A stretch of 64,000 bases of DNA from Nitrospirales bacterium (GCA_963422365.1 OY729426.1:1120001-1184000), one strand, 5' to 3'. Positions 29,591-39,975 are shown, counted from the first letter of the stretch. The notes: generated by a model from the letters alone, not told the origin. Numbers and translations are program-made.

Positions 29591-31393
29591 ATGACGATGA
29601 ATAGAAAGAAAGCTATGGACTCGGTTCGGACCTCGAAGCAGACGACGCTTCAGCGCATTTTAACCATGACGGTCAATGATTTGGGTATGGATGCGGCGGT
29701 GGCCATTATGAACCAACCCAAGGGTCCATTGGTGTCTCAGGTGACAAAAGGGTTTTCAGCCCGTGAGGTCCGCGCCATACTTCGAACTCTTTCAGGAGGA
29801 GAAGGACAGCGAAATAGTCGCCCCTGGAGTCCCGAGGGGGCGGATGGGAATGTGGCCATCGAGTTTCGAATGGTGACCCCTGGTTCGAAGAATCTTTTAG
29901 CGATGCCCCTTCAGGATCGCAAAGCGGTCTATGGGGCGTTGGTTGTGGGAAAACAGGGGAGGCCCTTTACGAAGCGGGAAAAAATCACGATCGACTCGGT
30001 CAGTCGTCGGATCACTGATCAAGTACGAGAAGCGAATCTTTTTGATCATTCCGTGCTCTTAGCACGCCCCTGGGTCTTGCAAGAACCAGGAGCTGAGGAA
30101 CCCCTTTCTGAGGCTGTCGAATCGATGATGCGAACCTATACCTCGCCTCAGATTCAGGAGCGAGTTGCCAGAAGTTTGACCGAGGCGCAGGTCTTGGTGC
30201 CGTGTGATCGGGGATGGGTCACATTGTATGATCCGTTAGCCGCAGTCTTGGAAGTCTTAGGCTGTCTGGCTGGGCATAAAAAAGAGCTTCTCCCTGGTCA
30301 GCGATTGTCTTTGAACGAATCCGCTTCGGGTTGGGCTGTGCGGCATCGCAAGCCTCGTGTTGATCAAAACCTGGCATCCACGCAAGGGCGCTTCCAAGAT
30401 TATAAACAGTTGTACCGTGACCGATTCCGGTGCACGTTCGTGCTTCCCTTTTTTGTCCGGGGGCGTGTGGCCGGCACGATCACCTTGGCGTCTAAGACAG
30501 CCGCCCAATATGAATCAGCGGAAGCTGAATCAGGCAAGCTCGAACCGATTACGACCCAATTAGTCCAACTCTTTGAAGAACCTTTCCATAAGCTCTCGGT
30601 CTTTGCTTCGCCCGATGGGGTTGCCACCCCTACGCTGGAGTCGTCGGTATCCAGTGCATCAGAGCCGGCTATTCGGCGTCAGGAACGGCAATCGGCCTTG
30701 AATGAAGTCAGCTCATTTCTCGCAACCGAGATTCGGGAACCCATGGGATATATTCGTGCTCAATTGGAGGAAGTGACGGGTGAAGGCACACTCGACTTTG
30801 AATCCCAAACCTGCATCGAAGCGGCCATGCGAGATCTGATGCGGATGGAAAGTCTGCTCAATGACATTTTGGATTTTGCCAAACCTCTCGAATTGGACCG
30901 GCGTCCTTGCCATGTCATCGATTTGATCGAAGAAGCGCTCGCGTTGCTTGCCACGGACCTGAAAGTGAACCGGATTGAGGTCACAAAGGAATTCCCCTCG
31001 CGGTTAGAGCAAGTTCGGTGGGATAAAGAGAAAATACAACATGCGTTCCTCAGTATTTTCACGAATGCCTTAGAGGCGATGTCACCAAGTGGGAATTTGC
31101 AAATCTCCGTGTCTCAGAAACGGGGGAGCCAGCCTGAAATGATCATACGTATTCACAACGATGGCGCCACAATTCCCGAAGAATTGGGCGAAAAAATTTT
31201 TGAACCCTATTTCACAACAAAACGGTCGGGAACGGGATTGGGCTTAGCGATGGTGAAAAAGATTGTCGAGGAACATGAAGGGCACATTGCGATCCATAGT
31301 CGTCCACAGGAAGGGACGTTGGTCACCATTAAATTACCGGCCATGCGCCAGAGAGCCCTCTATCGGCGGAGAGGTCGGTCGCCAAGGCGGTGA
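29591..31393 (+). CDS. GAF-containing sensor histidine kinase-like protein (H-box His replaced by Thr)
   Basis: GAF-like regions; LATEIREPM H-box; NALEAM, FEPYFTTK, GTGLGL ATP-binding motifs. Confidence 0.82.
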   Translation: MTMNRKKAMDSVRTSKQTTLQRILTMTVNDLGMDAAVAIMNQPKGPLVSQVTKGFSAREVRAILRTLSGGEGQRNSRPWSPEGADGNVAIEFRMVTPGSKNLLAMPLQDRKAVYGALVVGKQGRPFTKREKITIDSVSRRITDQVREANLFDHSVLLARPWVLQEPGAEEPLSEAVESMMRTYTSPQIQERVARSLTEAQVLVPCDRGWVTLYDPLAAVLEVLGCLAGHKKELLPGQRLSLNESASGWAVRHRKPRVDQNLASTQGRFQDYKQLYRDRFRCTFVLPFFVRGRVAGTITLASKTAAQYESAEAESGKLEPITTQLVQLFEEPFHKLSVFASPDGVATPTLESSVSSASEPAIRRQERQSALNEVSSFLATEIREPMGYIRAQLEEVTGEGTLDFESQTCIEAAMRDLMRMESLLNDILDFAKPLELDRRPCHVIDLIEEALALLATDLKVNRIEVTKEFPSRLEQVRWDKEKIQHAFLSIFTNALEAMSPSGNLQISVSQKRGSQPEMIIRIHNDGATIPEELGEKIFEPYFTTKRSGTGLGLAMVKKIVEEHEGHIAIHSRPQEGTLVTIKLPAMRQRALYRRRGRSPRR

Positions 31394-31458
31394 TAACGAA
31401 CGGAGACCTGCTGGCCTAGAGGCTTATGCGGATCCCCTGACCTCCCGTGTACTCAGGC

Positions 31459-31488
31459 TTGACACCTCCTGGTGAAAACGAATAAAAT
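31459..31488 (+). promoter_or_regulatory. Putative sigma70 promoter
   Basis: TTGACA-18 nt-TAAAAT upstream of the gene at 31575. Confidence 0.55.
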
Positions 31489-31574
31489 TTGTCTCTCTTT
31501 CTTAAAAGTCAAATGTCAAATTTTAAATTCACGTCTTTATCGTCCATAACCTGTCTTAACAAAGGAGCGGAATT

Positions 31575-31931
31575 ATGAAAAGTATTCACCTTTTTCTTAT
31601 TGCAGTAGCGGGTACTGCCTTGATGGCTTCATTGGCGTTTGCAAATCCAGGCATGCTTCCTTCACATCCTGGTTATCCTACGGCAGAAACCTCTTCTCCC
31701 GCTGATGGGACGCGGACAAGCCATGATGCCGGTCAAGCTAATGCAGTTGGTTCCGAAGCATTGATGGCAGGTGCTTCCACTGCTGATGCTGCTTCCATGA
31801 ATAGTACGGCCGACTCCAATCGTATGCGGATCAAAGCTTCTCAGGGTGCCGGAGTCTTGCCGGAGGTTGAAGGAGCATTGAACCGGGTAAACGTCAATCC
31901 TGCTGGTGCCATGTCGACAGTCATTCAGTAA
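31575..31931 (+). CDS. Small exported protein
   Basis: RBS AAGGAG; signal peptide ending AFA-N. Confidence 0.8.
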   Translation: MKSIHLFLIAVAGTALMASLAFANPGMLPSHPGYPTAETSSPADGTRTSHDAGQANAVGSEALMAGASTADAASMNSTADSNRMRIKASQGAGVLPEVEGALNRVNVNPAGAMSTVIQ

Positions 31932-31957
31932 CCTTTTTTCAATTTATTGATCGTGTG

Positions 31958-31996
31958 AAATGGGGGCTTTTCTCTCTTGAGAGCCCCCATTTTTTT
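31958..31996 (+). terminator. Intrinsic terminator
   Basis: AAATGGGGGCT ... AGCCCCCATTT followed by a T-run. Confidence 0.8.
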
Positions 31997-32074
31997 GTCT
32001 GCAGCGTCTAGAAGGGTAACCTCTACGTCTCGATAGGGGGGCGGTCTCATAACGAAGAGGGAAAGGGGAGTCGT

Positions 32075-33124
32075 GTGGAAACCGAGCTCTGCCGGATCTT
32101 AAAAACATCCATACGCACTGAAGGGCCTCTGTCTTTTCGGGAGTTTATGCAGCAGGCCTTATTTCATCCTGAGTTCGGTTTTTATACGAAGGGTCCCCAT
32201 ATCGGCTCCCCTAGGGGCACCTTTAATACGAATGCCATGTATAGGCCCTTTGCCTTTTGTCTCGCCAGAGCCATCGAGCGCGCCGAGGCGTTGGTCGGAG
32301 AGTCCTTACGGATTGTCGAGTTTGGAGGAGGAACAGGGGAATTAGCAAGCCGAATGGGTTTGTTTTTTCAGTGTCCTCATGAATATGTCGTGGTGGAACC
32401 GAGTCCGGGACTTCGGAAAAAGCAACGGGCCGTGGGGTTGCACTCGGTGCCACACCCTTCCGAATTGAACCCGCGTCCTTCGTTCCTTCTAGCCAATGAG
32501 GTGCTTGATGCTTTTCCCGTGCATCGGGTGATGGGGGATGGACGTGGTGGGATCCAAGAAATGTACGTGGGTTTGGATGGCCAAGGAGAGCTTGTGGAAT
32601 GTTTTGATGCTCCCTCGACGCCGTTGCTAGCCGCGAGACTTGCTGCAGAAGGGATTAGGCTGGGCCGTGGACAGATCGGAGACATTAACCTAGATCTGGA
32701 CTCATTTATGAGGGACGCGCGTTCCGTCTTGTCGGCCGGGTATTTCCTGGTGATTGATTATGGCATGATGTGTTCAGATCTGTACCACTACTCCCGAAGA
32801 AATGGAGCCCTCCGTTGTTATTATCAGCAACAGCGAGTCCATGACCCATTCGATTTAGTCGGCGAGCAAGATCTGACAGCGGATCTCGATTTTACAGCGG
32901 TCGAAAGAGCTGCTACGCAGGCCGGTCTTGAACCTGCCGGACGCCAATGGCAAGGAACGTGGCTCCAGGCTGTGGGGATTGATCGCTATCGGGAACAGAG
33001 CGTGGGTCCAGACGATTCAGAGCATGAGATTGAAAGAGTCACGAGTCTTTCCCAATTAGGAAGTACCTTTGACGTGCTGGGGTTCCAAACTCCGGGGCTT
33101 CCGACGGTTCCGGGGTTTTCGTAA
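32075..33124 (+). CDS. SAM-dependent methyltransferase, MidA/NDUFAF7 family
   Basis: GPLSFREFM..LFHP..GFY, VEFGGGTG, ANEVLDAFP, IDYG, QDLTADLDF. Confidence 0.88.
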   Translation: METELCRILKTSIRTEGPLSFREFMQQALFHPEFGFYTKGPHIGSPRGTFNTNAMYRPFAFCLARAIERAEALVGESLRIVEFGGGTGELASRMGLFFQCPHEYVVVEPSPGLRKKQRAVGLHSVPHPSELNPRPSFLLANEVLDAFPVHRVMGDGRGGIQEMYVGLDGQGELVECFDAPSTPLLAARLAAEGIRLGRGQIGDINLDLDSFMRDARSVLSAGYFLVIDYGMMCSDLYHYSRRNGALRCYYQQQRVHDPFDLVGEQDLTADLDFTAVERAATQAGLEPAGRQWQGTWLQAVGIDRYREQSVGPDDSEHEIERVTSLSQLGSTFDVLGFQTPGLPTVPGFS

Positions 33125-33209
33125 CCTTCCGTATCGATTGTCTTGTTCGAATTCGGAAGACATCCCCGCAGCCTTTTCTTACGATTGAGCACGATGAAAA
33201 CAAGTAAAG

Positions 33210-33600
33210 TTCCTAACCATTCCATCCATTTGGACAGTAAAAAATGCCGCTCGTTCTTGGTGTGAGGCAGTACGCTCAACCGTATTCTGGTTGTGTCAGA
33301 TACCGAGTGTAAGGAGCGTAGCAATATTGTTATTGTCAGTGTTCGGGTCGCGTCATCAAAGGAGCGGAGGCAATATGAATCAGGAAGGTGAACAAGCCAC
33401 TATGCGTGTTTTCAGGTCCCGTTCGGTGGTAAGCACTACGAAGCCTATCGTCAAGGGACAAATTTAGTCCTGTTGGAACCTGATGTCGCCGAAGTTTTCA
33501 AGGACTTCGCAACGGTCAACTCTGCGCTAAGAACGCTGGTCAAAATTGCCAGGGATCACGTGTCAAAACAAAACGCTAGCTGGCAACCTGGTGAAGTGGA
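33210..33600 (+). pseudogene. Decayed BrnT-like toxin and downstream antitoxin
   Basis: Remnant NRILVVSDTE...IVSVRVASSKERRQYE (BrnT C-terminus) preceded by an in-frame TGA; then GKHYEAYRQGTNLVLLEPDVAEVF...VNSALRTL. Boundaries approximate. Confidence 0.65.
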
Positions 33601-33631
33601 CGTCGCCCGACAACTACCGGTCTTGTCAAAA

Positions 33632-33961
33632 CTAGGCTTCGGTCTGAAAGGCCTGTTCCAAGAGAGGCTTCAGTTCTCCTTTCGACTGCATAGGCCCCAA
33701 GACGTCGGTATCACCATAGAACTGGCCATTGATGAAGACTTTGGGCAGGGTTGGCCAATTGGTCATTTGCGTTAAGGCTTCTCGTTTTGCTGGATTTTCC
33801 AACACGTTAATCATTTCATAGGGATATCCGAATTGATCAAAAAACTCCATGGTTTCGACGGTGAAGCCGCATTGAGGAGCGGTTTTGGTCCCTTTCCCGT
33901 AAATGAGTATTCTGTGTTGTTTTAATTCCTGTTGAATTTCTTCTTCGATTGGAGGTGCCAT
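33632..33961 (-). CDS. grxD: Monothiol glutaredoxin
   Basis: KGT..PQCGFT, WPTLPKVFINGQFYGD; adjacent to BolA. Confidence 0.88.
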   Translation of the reverse strand: MAPPIEEEIQQELKQHRILIYGKGTKTAPQCGFTVETMEFFDQFGYPYEMINVLENPAKREALTQMTNWPTLPKVFINGQFYGDTDVLGPMQSKGELKPLLEQAFQTEA

Positions 33962-33975
33962 ACGGTGTTTCCTTC

Positions 33976-34215
33976 CTATGAGCCATCCGTTGTTTCAGTC
34001 GTCAGTTCAAGCGCATGGATCCGTCCATCTTTCAACGGCTTATCCAAGGCTTGATAAATGAGACGGTGGCGATCTAATAAGTTTTTCCCTTTGAACGTAT
34101 CTGAAATCACCCTGACGTTTAGGTGATCCATGGTTCCCGTTCGATCCGTGACGGTGACCCGAGCATCGGCTAAGACTTGCTGGACATATTCCGTTAAGAT
34201 TTGAGGAGTAATCAT
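33976..34215 (-). CDS. bolA: BolA family protein
   Basis: DH..VIS..F.GK.LL.RHRLIY.AL...IHAL. Confidence 0.92.
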   Translation of the reverse strand: MITPQILTEYVQQVLADARVTVTDRTGTMDHLNVRVISDTFKGKNLLDRHRLIYQALDKPLKDGRIHALELTTETTDGS

Positions 34216-34233
34216 GACGCAACGTACCTCTTG

Positions 34234-34434
34234 TCAAGGATGAAGATGATGGGCCTCTAGCTTGGGAGCATGATACTGAAGACAACGAGTTTCTGCAATT
34301 ATTGATGGCAGTACGGGAATCCCACAGGCATACACCCCATCTCTTCCCTTTTCCCAGAGGCGTTTCTCGCCAAAATAGGGTTTTGTCACGGCATGGTGTC
34401 GGGAGACGCAATCCTTGAGCGGATGGTTGTCCAT
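34234..34434 (-). CDS. Hypothetical small protein
   Basis: Fills the gap between two co-directional genes; no recognised motif. Confidence 0.4.
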   Translation of the reverse strand: MDNHPLKDCVSRHHAVTKPYFGEKRLWEKGRDGVYACGIPVLPSIIAETRCLQYHAPKLEAHHLHP

Positions 34435-34454
34435 GGTGAATCAGGCATTCTTCT

Positions 34455-35165
34455 TCAATTTGAACCGCTAGGGTTGCTGAGAAACGGGCCAAGGCGGTCT
34501 AGAACCGACAAGGGAATTTCATGCCCCCCTCGAAATTCATGCCAGGTCACGGGGAGCCCATGCCGGAGTAAGGAGTCCTTAAGTTGGGTGGCCGTTTCAT
34601 GAGGGAGTAAAGGGTCGTCCGTTCCATGACTCTGAAAAACAGGAAGGCCTTTTCGAGCAGGCCATCGTTCTTCCCATTCCTGTTTCGCAAGAATGCTCCC
34701 CGACAGAATGATGAGCCCTGCAAATGCGCGAGTGCTTCGAACCATCGTATCGCAGGCTAACATGGCTCCTTGAGAAAACCCACCGAGAAAGACGTGATCC
34801 GGAGGAAGACCCTCATGCCGGTCGAGATCATTCAGCATCGCGAGAAGTTGTTCGCGGGCCGCTGCTAACCCGTCAGGAACGACGTGCAGATCACGCCCAC
34901 GCGCCATATGCTGAGCGATTTGGTCCATGTCGAGCATCCACCACGCTCTTCCATCTGGAAGGCCATCCTCCAGCTTCAGAGGGGCAACAGGGAACACGAA
35001 CCGCACCGTGTCCGGTACCCGTAACATCCTCCACAGGGAGACCAGATCATAACCGGGCGCTCCAAACCCATGAAGGAGAATGACCACGGGTCCGTTCCCG
35101 CCGCCTTCACGATCCGGCCCTCCCACCATTTGGACATCGAGCCCCCCATACGTGTGTACGCGCAT
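34455..35165 (-). CDS. Phospholipase/carboxylesterase (alpha/beta hydrolase)
   Basis: LHGFGA, GFSQG, HGTDDP, GGHEI. Confidence 0.9.
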   Translation of the reverse strand: MRVHTYGGLDVQMVGGPDREGGGNGPVVILLHGFGAPGYDLVSLWRMLRVPDTVRFVFPVAPLKLEDGLPDGRAWWMLDMDQIAQHMARGRDLHVVPDGLAAAREQLLAMLNDLDRHEGLPPDHVFLGGFSQGAMLACDTMVRSTRAFAGLIILSGSILAKQEWEERWPARKGLPVFQSHGTDDPLLPHETATQLKDSLLRHGLPVTWHEFRGGHEIPLSVLDRLGPFLSNPSGSN

Positions 35166-35200
35166 CAGAATCAACTCTTCAGCAATGTGAGAGGGACGTC

Positions 35201-35383
35201 TTAATGCCCCATCTTAGGAGCGCCGGCATTGGCGCCTTCGGTCACAAGCGGGATTCGCAGAATTTGCTGGCAGTGATTACAGGTGATCCGCAGGGTATTC
35301 CGATCTGCATAGTCGATGTCTTGTTCTTTGATCCAAAAGAGTTTTTCACATTTCGGACATTTTCTGACAAGCATGGGCATCAA
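35201..35383 (-). CDS. Small zinc-ribbon protein
   Basis: CPKC ... CNHC. Confidence 0.6.
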   Translation of the reverse strand: MMPMLVRKCPKCEKLFWIKEQDIDYADRNTLRITCNHCQQILRIPLVTEGANAGAPKMGH

Positions 35384-35550
35384 GGCTTTCCTGGCTAGTA
35401 ATTACGATTGATTTAGTGTAATACAAATGAACGGCCAGTCTCTAGCAGAATGTTGAAAAAGCCTGTCCTGCGAGCTATTCCGAAGCAGCCACTGCTCTTC
35501 TGGTGCGTGGGGCGATGGTGGCACAATGGGTTTTTACAGCCTACTCGCAT

Positions 35551-35982
35551 ATGATCACCTATACGGACCGTAAGGATTTTGATCCCGCCGTCTTGTTACC
35601 CCTGTTTGAACGAGCGCCTTGGGCTTGTGGGAGGACCCTGACCGAGACGACACAAATGGTTCTTCATACCGATCTGTTTGTCACAGCGTGGGACGATCGT
35701 TGGGTAATTGGGTGCGGGCGGGTCTTGACGGATTATGTGTATCGAGCCTCTATCTGGGATGTCATTGTGGATTCGGCTTACCAGGGACAAGATATCGGGA
35801 CGGAAATCATTCATCGGATTTTGACCCATCCGACCCTCCAACGCGTCGAACTCTTCTGGCTCTGTACTCGTGACAAACACACATTCTATGAAAATCTTGG
35901 CTTTAGTGCCAAGGAACAAACTGGCATGGTTTGGGATCGACAGAAACAGTCTTCCTCCCCCTGCCGAGACGAAACCTTGTGA
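35551..35982 (+). CDS. GNAT-family N-acetyltransferase
   Basis: IWDVIVDSAYQGQDIG, FYENLGF. Confidence 0.88.
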   Translation: MITYTDRKDFDPAVLLPLFERAPWACGRTLTETTQMVLHTDLFVTAWDDRWVIGCGRVLTDYVYRASIWDVIVDSAYQGQDIGTEIIHRILTHPTLQRVELFWLCTRDKHTFYENLGFSAKEQTGMVWDRQKQSSSPCRDETL

Positions 35983-36056
35983 AGCGCAAGTTTACCACGT
36001 TGGCTCTATGAAGAAAAACGCGGCTCCCCAGTCTTTGGAAGGAGGCGACGCCATTC

Positions 36057-37232
36057 ATGAAATGCCTTGGATTAATGTCGGGGACCTCAATAGATGGCGT
36101 GGATTGTGCCATAATCGACATCAGGCCTAGTCGCTCCACATTCCACATCACGCTCCTCGCCCACCGGACTCGTCCTTACCCGCCAACGATTCGAGAACAC
36201 ATCCTGTCGCTCAGCCAAACCGTCACGATGGAAGCGGTGTGCCGGCTTCATGTCGCCGTTGGGGAGATGTTCGCCCGTACGGCAAGCCAGACCATCAAGC
36301 AGGCGAAACTATCGGCCAAGGATATCGCCGTTATTGGCTCTCATGGACAAACCGTGTGGCACAGCCCCAAGAGGGTGTTGATGCCAGGAGTTGGACCAAT
36401 CCGATCCTCACTTCAGATTGGAGATCCTTCAGTCATTGCTGAGCGAACGGGTATCATGACGGTCGCGGATTTCCGTGCCAGAGATTTGGCTGCAGGTGGG
36501 GAAGGCGCTCCGTTGACTCCCTATGTCCATCATCACTTGTTTCAGTCTCGGAAACAGTCTCGGCTGATCGTCAATCTTGGCGGGATTGCCAATGTGACCT
36601 ATTTGCCACGCGGAGGAGACCTGAAGGACCTTGTGGCCTTTGATACGGGTCCCTGTAATCTTCTGTTGGATGGGCTGATGGCAAAAGCCACGCAAGGACA
36701 ATGGCCGATTGATCGCAATGGGGCCTTGGCCTCTCACGGTTGCAAACGGGACTCTCTCACGAATGAACTCTTGCAACATTCGTTCTTTGCACGGCTACCC
36801 CCGAAATCCACGGGGCGTGAAGAATTCGGTGAACGCTATATCCAACGTGTTTGGCAAGCTGCGACGGAACACAACCTGTCTTTAGAAGATACATTGGCGT
36901 CGAGTTGTGCAAGTATTGCGCAAACGATTCGTCAGTCCGGGCAATGGGTCCCCTGGCCGGTTGATGAGGTGATCGTCGGGGGCGGCGGTGTGCGAAATCG
37001 AGGACTTCTGAGTGCCCTGAAACAGGCATTCTGGCCGAGTCCCGTCAAGTCCATGGATCAAATTGGTGTCAATAGTAAGGCGGTGGAAGCCCTGGCCTTT
37101 GCGGTGTTTGCCTATCAGACCATCAGGGGTGTGCCGACCAATCTGCCTTCGGTTACCGGCGCAAAGTCTCCCGTCGTGCTTGGCACGATTACTCCGGGAC
37201 GGAACCGGTCTCCATTCGCTGCTAAAAGATAG
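36057..37232 (+). CDS. anmK: Anhydro-N-acetylmuramic acid kinase
   Basis: GLMSGTSIDGVD, GSHGQT, DFR..D.AAGGEGAPL, NLGGIAN, FDTGP, PKSTGRE, EALAFA. Confidence 0.96.
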   Translation: MKCLGLMSGTSIDGVDCAIIDIRPSRSTFHITLLAHRTRPYPPTIREHILSLSQTVTMEAVCRLHVAVGEMFARTASQTIKQAKLSAKDIAVIGSHGQTVWHSPKRVLMPGVGPIRSSLQIGDPSVIAERTGIMTVADFRARDLAAGGEGAPLTPYVHHHLFQSRKQSRLIVNLGGIANVTYLPRGGDLKDLVAFDTGPCNLLLDGLMAKATQGQWPIDRNGALASHGCKRDSLTNELLQHSFFARLPPKSTGREEFGERYIQRVWQAATEHNLSLEDTLASSCASIAQTIRQSGQWVPWPVDEVIVGGGGVRNRGLLSALKQAFWPSPVKSMDQIGVNSKAVEALAFAVFAYQTIRGVPTNLPSVTGAKSPVVLGTITPGRNRSPFAAKR

Positions 37233-37248
37233 GAGGTTCAGAGAGATC

Positions 37249-37827
37249 ATGGATTTTCCCAAGAGGCTTCTTGATTGGCTCCCCATTGCATCTCACCCCT
37301 CGCTCTCTCAGATGCTCGTGGTGGGGCTGATTATTGTGACAGGGATTGTGATGATCCGGTTGGTACGGCCACGGAGACCCCAACCTGTGCCGGCTTGTGG
37401 CGTGTGGGCTGACGGGCTCTCGGAGAACGTCGCGGTGCAGGCTCGACCACTCATGAATGGCTCGGAAGTCGCGATGTTCAACCTCCTGCTGTTCGCCCTA
37501 CGCGACCATTTTTTATTGCTGGCGAAAATTCCCTTGAGGAGCCTTGTGCGCCTACGCATCAATGGGGATGTTTATAAACGTATTTTGGGTCACGCCATTC
37601 GAAATATGACGGTTGATTTTGTTGTGGTGCATCCAGGAACCCAACTGCCCGTCAAAGCCATTTTCGTCAGAAAACCAGGCGACGATGTGCCTGCTTCGAG
37701 TTCGCAGAACCAATTGATAGATGCACTGTTGCAGACGGCTGAGATCGAAGTGATCCGCCTTGATCAGGAGGACCGGTATGGCGTGAAACAATTAACCGCG
37801 TTGTTGGGACTTCAAGAAGAGGCGTGA
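37249..37827 (+). CDS. DUF2726-domain protein with N-terminal TM segment
   Basis: PLMNGSE..F..L, KIPL.SLV, VDFVVV; RBS AGGAGG. Confidence 0.65.
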   Translation: MDFPKRLLDWLPIASHPSLSQMLVVGLIIVTGIVMIRLVRPRRPQPVPACGVWADGLSENVAVQARPLMNGSEVAMFNLLLFALRDHFLLLAKIPLRSLVRLRINGDVYKRILGHAIRNMTVDFVVVHPGTQLPVKAIFVRKPGDDVPASSSQNQLIDALLQTAEIEVIRLDQEDRYGVKQLTALLGLQEEA

Positions 37828-37852
37828 AGTGAGGGGCTCGAACAAAGAACGT

Positions 37853-38461
37853 CTATTCGGTAATCACAGGGAGCATGGCGCGAAGCGCTTGATGGGCAAG
37901 GCGGTGAACGTCGCCACTCTGGACGGAGGGGTCGGTAAACGGAACAAATCGAGCCAACTTAAAAAAAGACCGATGCGAGAGGACGGCCGCTACTTCAGAG
38001 TGTCGTCCCCGGGTGAGTTCCAGTGTGTAGCCGGGGCCCTGTTTCCACTCCCATAACGAATGGCTCAAACAGAGGCAGATATCACGGTCTGCGACGGAGG
38101 GAAAGCGGTTGATGAGGTTTTCTTTGTAACGCCGGAGGTGACCACCTTCGAGAATCAGGGCAAAGACCATATGGTGGCCCCACCAGACGAGTGAACGAAA
38201 GGAAAATTTGACGTCTCTGGTAAAAAAGCGGGGGTAATCCAGATATTGATAAGGGAAATCTTCTAAATGTTCTCCTTTGACGAATTGACGGGCGTCCGGG
38301 TCGAAGGGTTCCGGAGCCAGCAGTTGATGTGCCTTGAGTTCGTGTTGAAATGATTCAAGGGTCTGTTCCAACAGGTGACGGATTTTTTTGGAGATCTGTG
38401 CCTTGGCTGCAAAGAAGTCGGTGTCGGAAAGAAAGGAAATTTCTTGGGAGGTAAAATGCAT
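37853..38461 (-). CDS. Hypothetical protein
   Basis: About 200-aa ORF with KGEHLEDFPYQYLDYPR and FRSLVWWGH. Confidence 0.7.
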   Translation of the reverse strand: MHFTSQEISFLSDTDFFAAKAQISKKIRHLLEQTLESFQHELKAHQLLAPEPFDPDARQFVKGEHLEDFPYQYLDYPRFFTRDVKFSFRSLVWWGHHMVFALILEGGHLRRYKENLINRFPSVADRDICLCLSHSLWEWKQGPGYTLELTRGRHSEVAAVLSHRSFFKLARFVPFTDPSVQSGDVHRLAHQALRAMLPVITE

Positions 38462-38550
38462 GAATCGCAATGTCACGCGGATGACGGTGAAACACAAACG
38501 CGGGCATCCTGACATGGTCTGGGAAAAGGCTGCAAGCTCGGAGATGTTTC

Positions 38551-39324
38551 ATGAAACTGGCAACATTTAATGTGAATTCAATTCGGAAGCGGTTACCCGT
38601 AGTGAAACGGTGGTTGAAAAACCACGCGCCGGATGTGCTCTGTCTTCAAGAAACGAAGGTGCAAGATTCAGAGTTCCCTGTCAAAGAACTTGCCGCCACG
38701 GGATATCATGTGAGGTTTTGTGGGATGAAAGGGTATAACGGGGTGGCCCTTTGCATCCGACGTGAGCCTGAATGGGTCTCGTATGGGTTGGGCAAGGGTC
38801 CCGGTGGAGAGGGGCCTCGTTTGATGCACGCCGTTGTAGACGGTATTTCCATCGTCAATACGTATATTCCGCAAGGTTTTAAGATCGACCATCCGAAGTA
38901 TCAATACAAATTAGATTGGTTGAAACGGTTACGCCGGTATTTTACTCGTCACCTGTCTCCCGATGAGCCCGCTATTTGGTGTGGGGACATGAACGTGGCT
39001 CCAGAACCTCTTGATGTGCATCACCCGGAAAAACATGAGACCCACGTCTGTTTTCATTATGAGGCTCGGAAAGCCTACCAGCATGCTGTCGATTGGGGGT
39101 TCGGAGATGTATTTCGGCGTCTCTATCCAGATCGGCAACAGTTTACCTTTTGGGATTACCGGCAACCCAATGCCCTCAGGGCAAACCGTGGCTGGCGAGT
39201 GGATCACATTCTCGCGACCGAATCATTGGCTCGGCGATGTACGTCCGTGGAAGTTGATATCAAGCCCAGGAAGGGAAAAACTCCGTCAGACCATACCGTG
39301 CTCTGGGCTGAATTCTCTGCGTAA
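38551..39324 (+). CDS. xth: Exodeoxyribonuclease III
   Basis: ATFNVNSIR, LCLQETK, GYNGVA, GDMNVA, GWRVDH, SDH. Confidence 0.95.
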   Translation: MKLATFNVNSIRKRLPVVKRWLKNHAPDVLCLQETKVQDSEFPVKELAATGYHVRFCGMKGYNGVALCIRREPEWVSYGLGKGPGGEGPRLMHAVVDGISIVNTYIPQGFKIDHPKYQYKLDWLKRLRRYFTRHLSPDEPAIWCGDMNVAPEPLDVHHPEKHETHVCFHYEARKAYQHAVDWGFGDVFRRLYPDRQQFTFWDYRQPNALRANRGWRVDHILATESLARRCTSVEVDIKPRKGKTPSDHTVLWAEFSA

Positions 39325-39387
39325 AAAAGTGGTGGTCTGATTCGACAAGGAACCGGTTGCGTCCTAGGCGAGGCGTTTGATGTTCAG

Positions 39388-39975
39388 CTACTTGCGGGTT
39401 CGTCGTTTTCTTGTGGGGTTGGGAATGTTTTCAGGTGGGATAAAGACCGCGAGAGCCACGACGGTGGTCCACACGCCGGGTTTGCCAATAGCCGACTGGG
39501 TGATGTTTTGCGTACGAACAATTTCTCCGCCCATTTTAAAGACTTGTTCTCGTTCCTTCCATGCGACATCAGGATTAAAATCAATCCCTAAGGTCGTGGC
39601 CAGCATTTGGGCGGCAAGATCTTCCGTGTACTCGCCGGCTTCTTCGTCGGTTTCCCCATACGCGTGATGTTCAGAGAGATAGCCATAGGTCTTATGTCGG
39701 CCCTGGGGGATTGCCACACCAATCGATGCAGAAATTAACCGATTGCGTTCATTCGTTTCACTCCTGGCCATGACGCAGTAGGTGATCTCACCGGGATTCA
39801 AAAGGCTTTCACCTCGCTTCCGTGGGATAATTTTGCAATTGGGCGGCAGAATAGATGAAACACTCACTAAATTGCAGTAGGCCACACCGGCGCCCCGCAA
39901 GGCTTCTTCAAACGAGGCCAGTTTTTCTCGATGAATGCCAACCCCTCGTGTCAGAAAAATATGCGTAGGAACCAT
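39388..39975 (-). CDS. pdaD: Pyruvoyl-dependent arginine decarboxylase
   Basis: SFEEALR.AG...NLVSVSSILP (Ser-Ser cleavage site), YGYLSEHH, LAAQMLATTLG. Confidence 0.9.
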   Translation of the reverse strand: MVPTHIFLTRGVGIHREKLASFEEALRGAGVAYCNLVSVSSILPPNCKIIPRKRGESLLNPGEITYCVMARSETNERNRLISASIGVAIPQGRHKTYGYLSEHHAYGETDEEAGEYTEDLAAQMLATTLGIDFNPDVAWKEREQVFKMGGEIVRTQNITQSAIGKPGVWTTVVALAVFIPPENIPNPTRKRRTRK

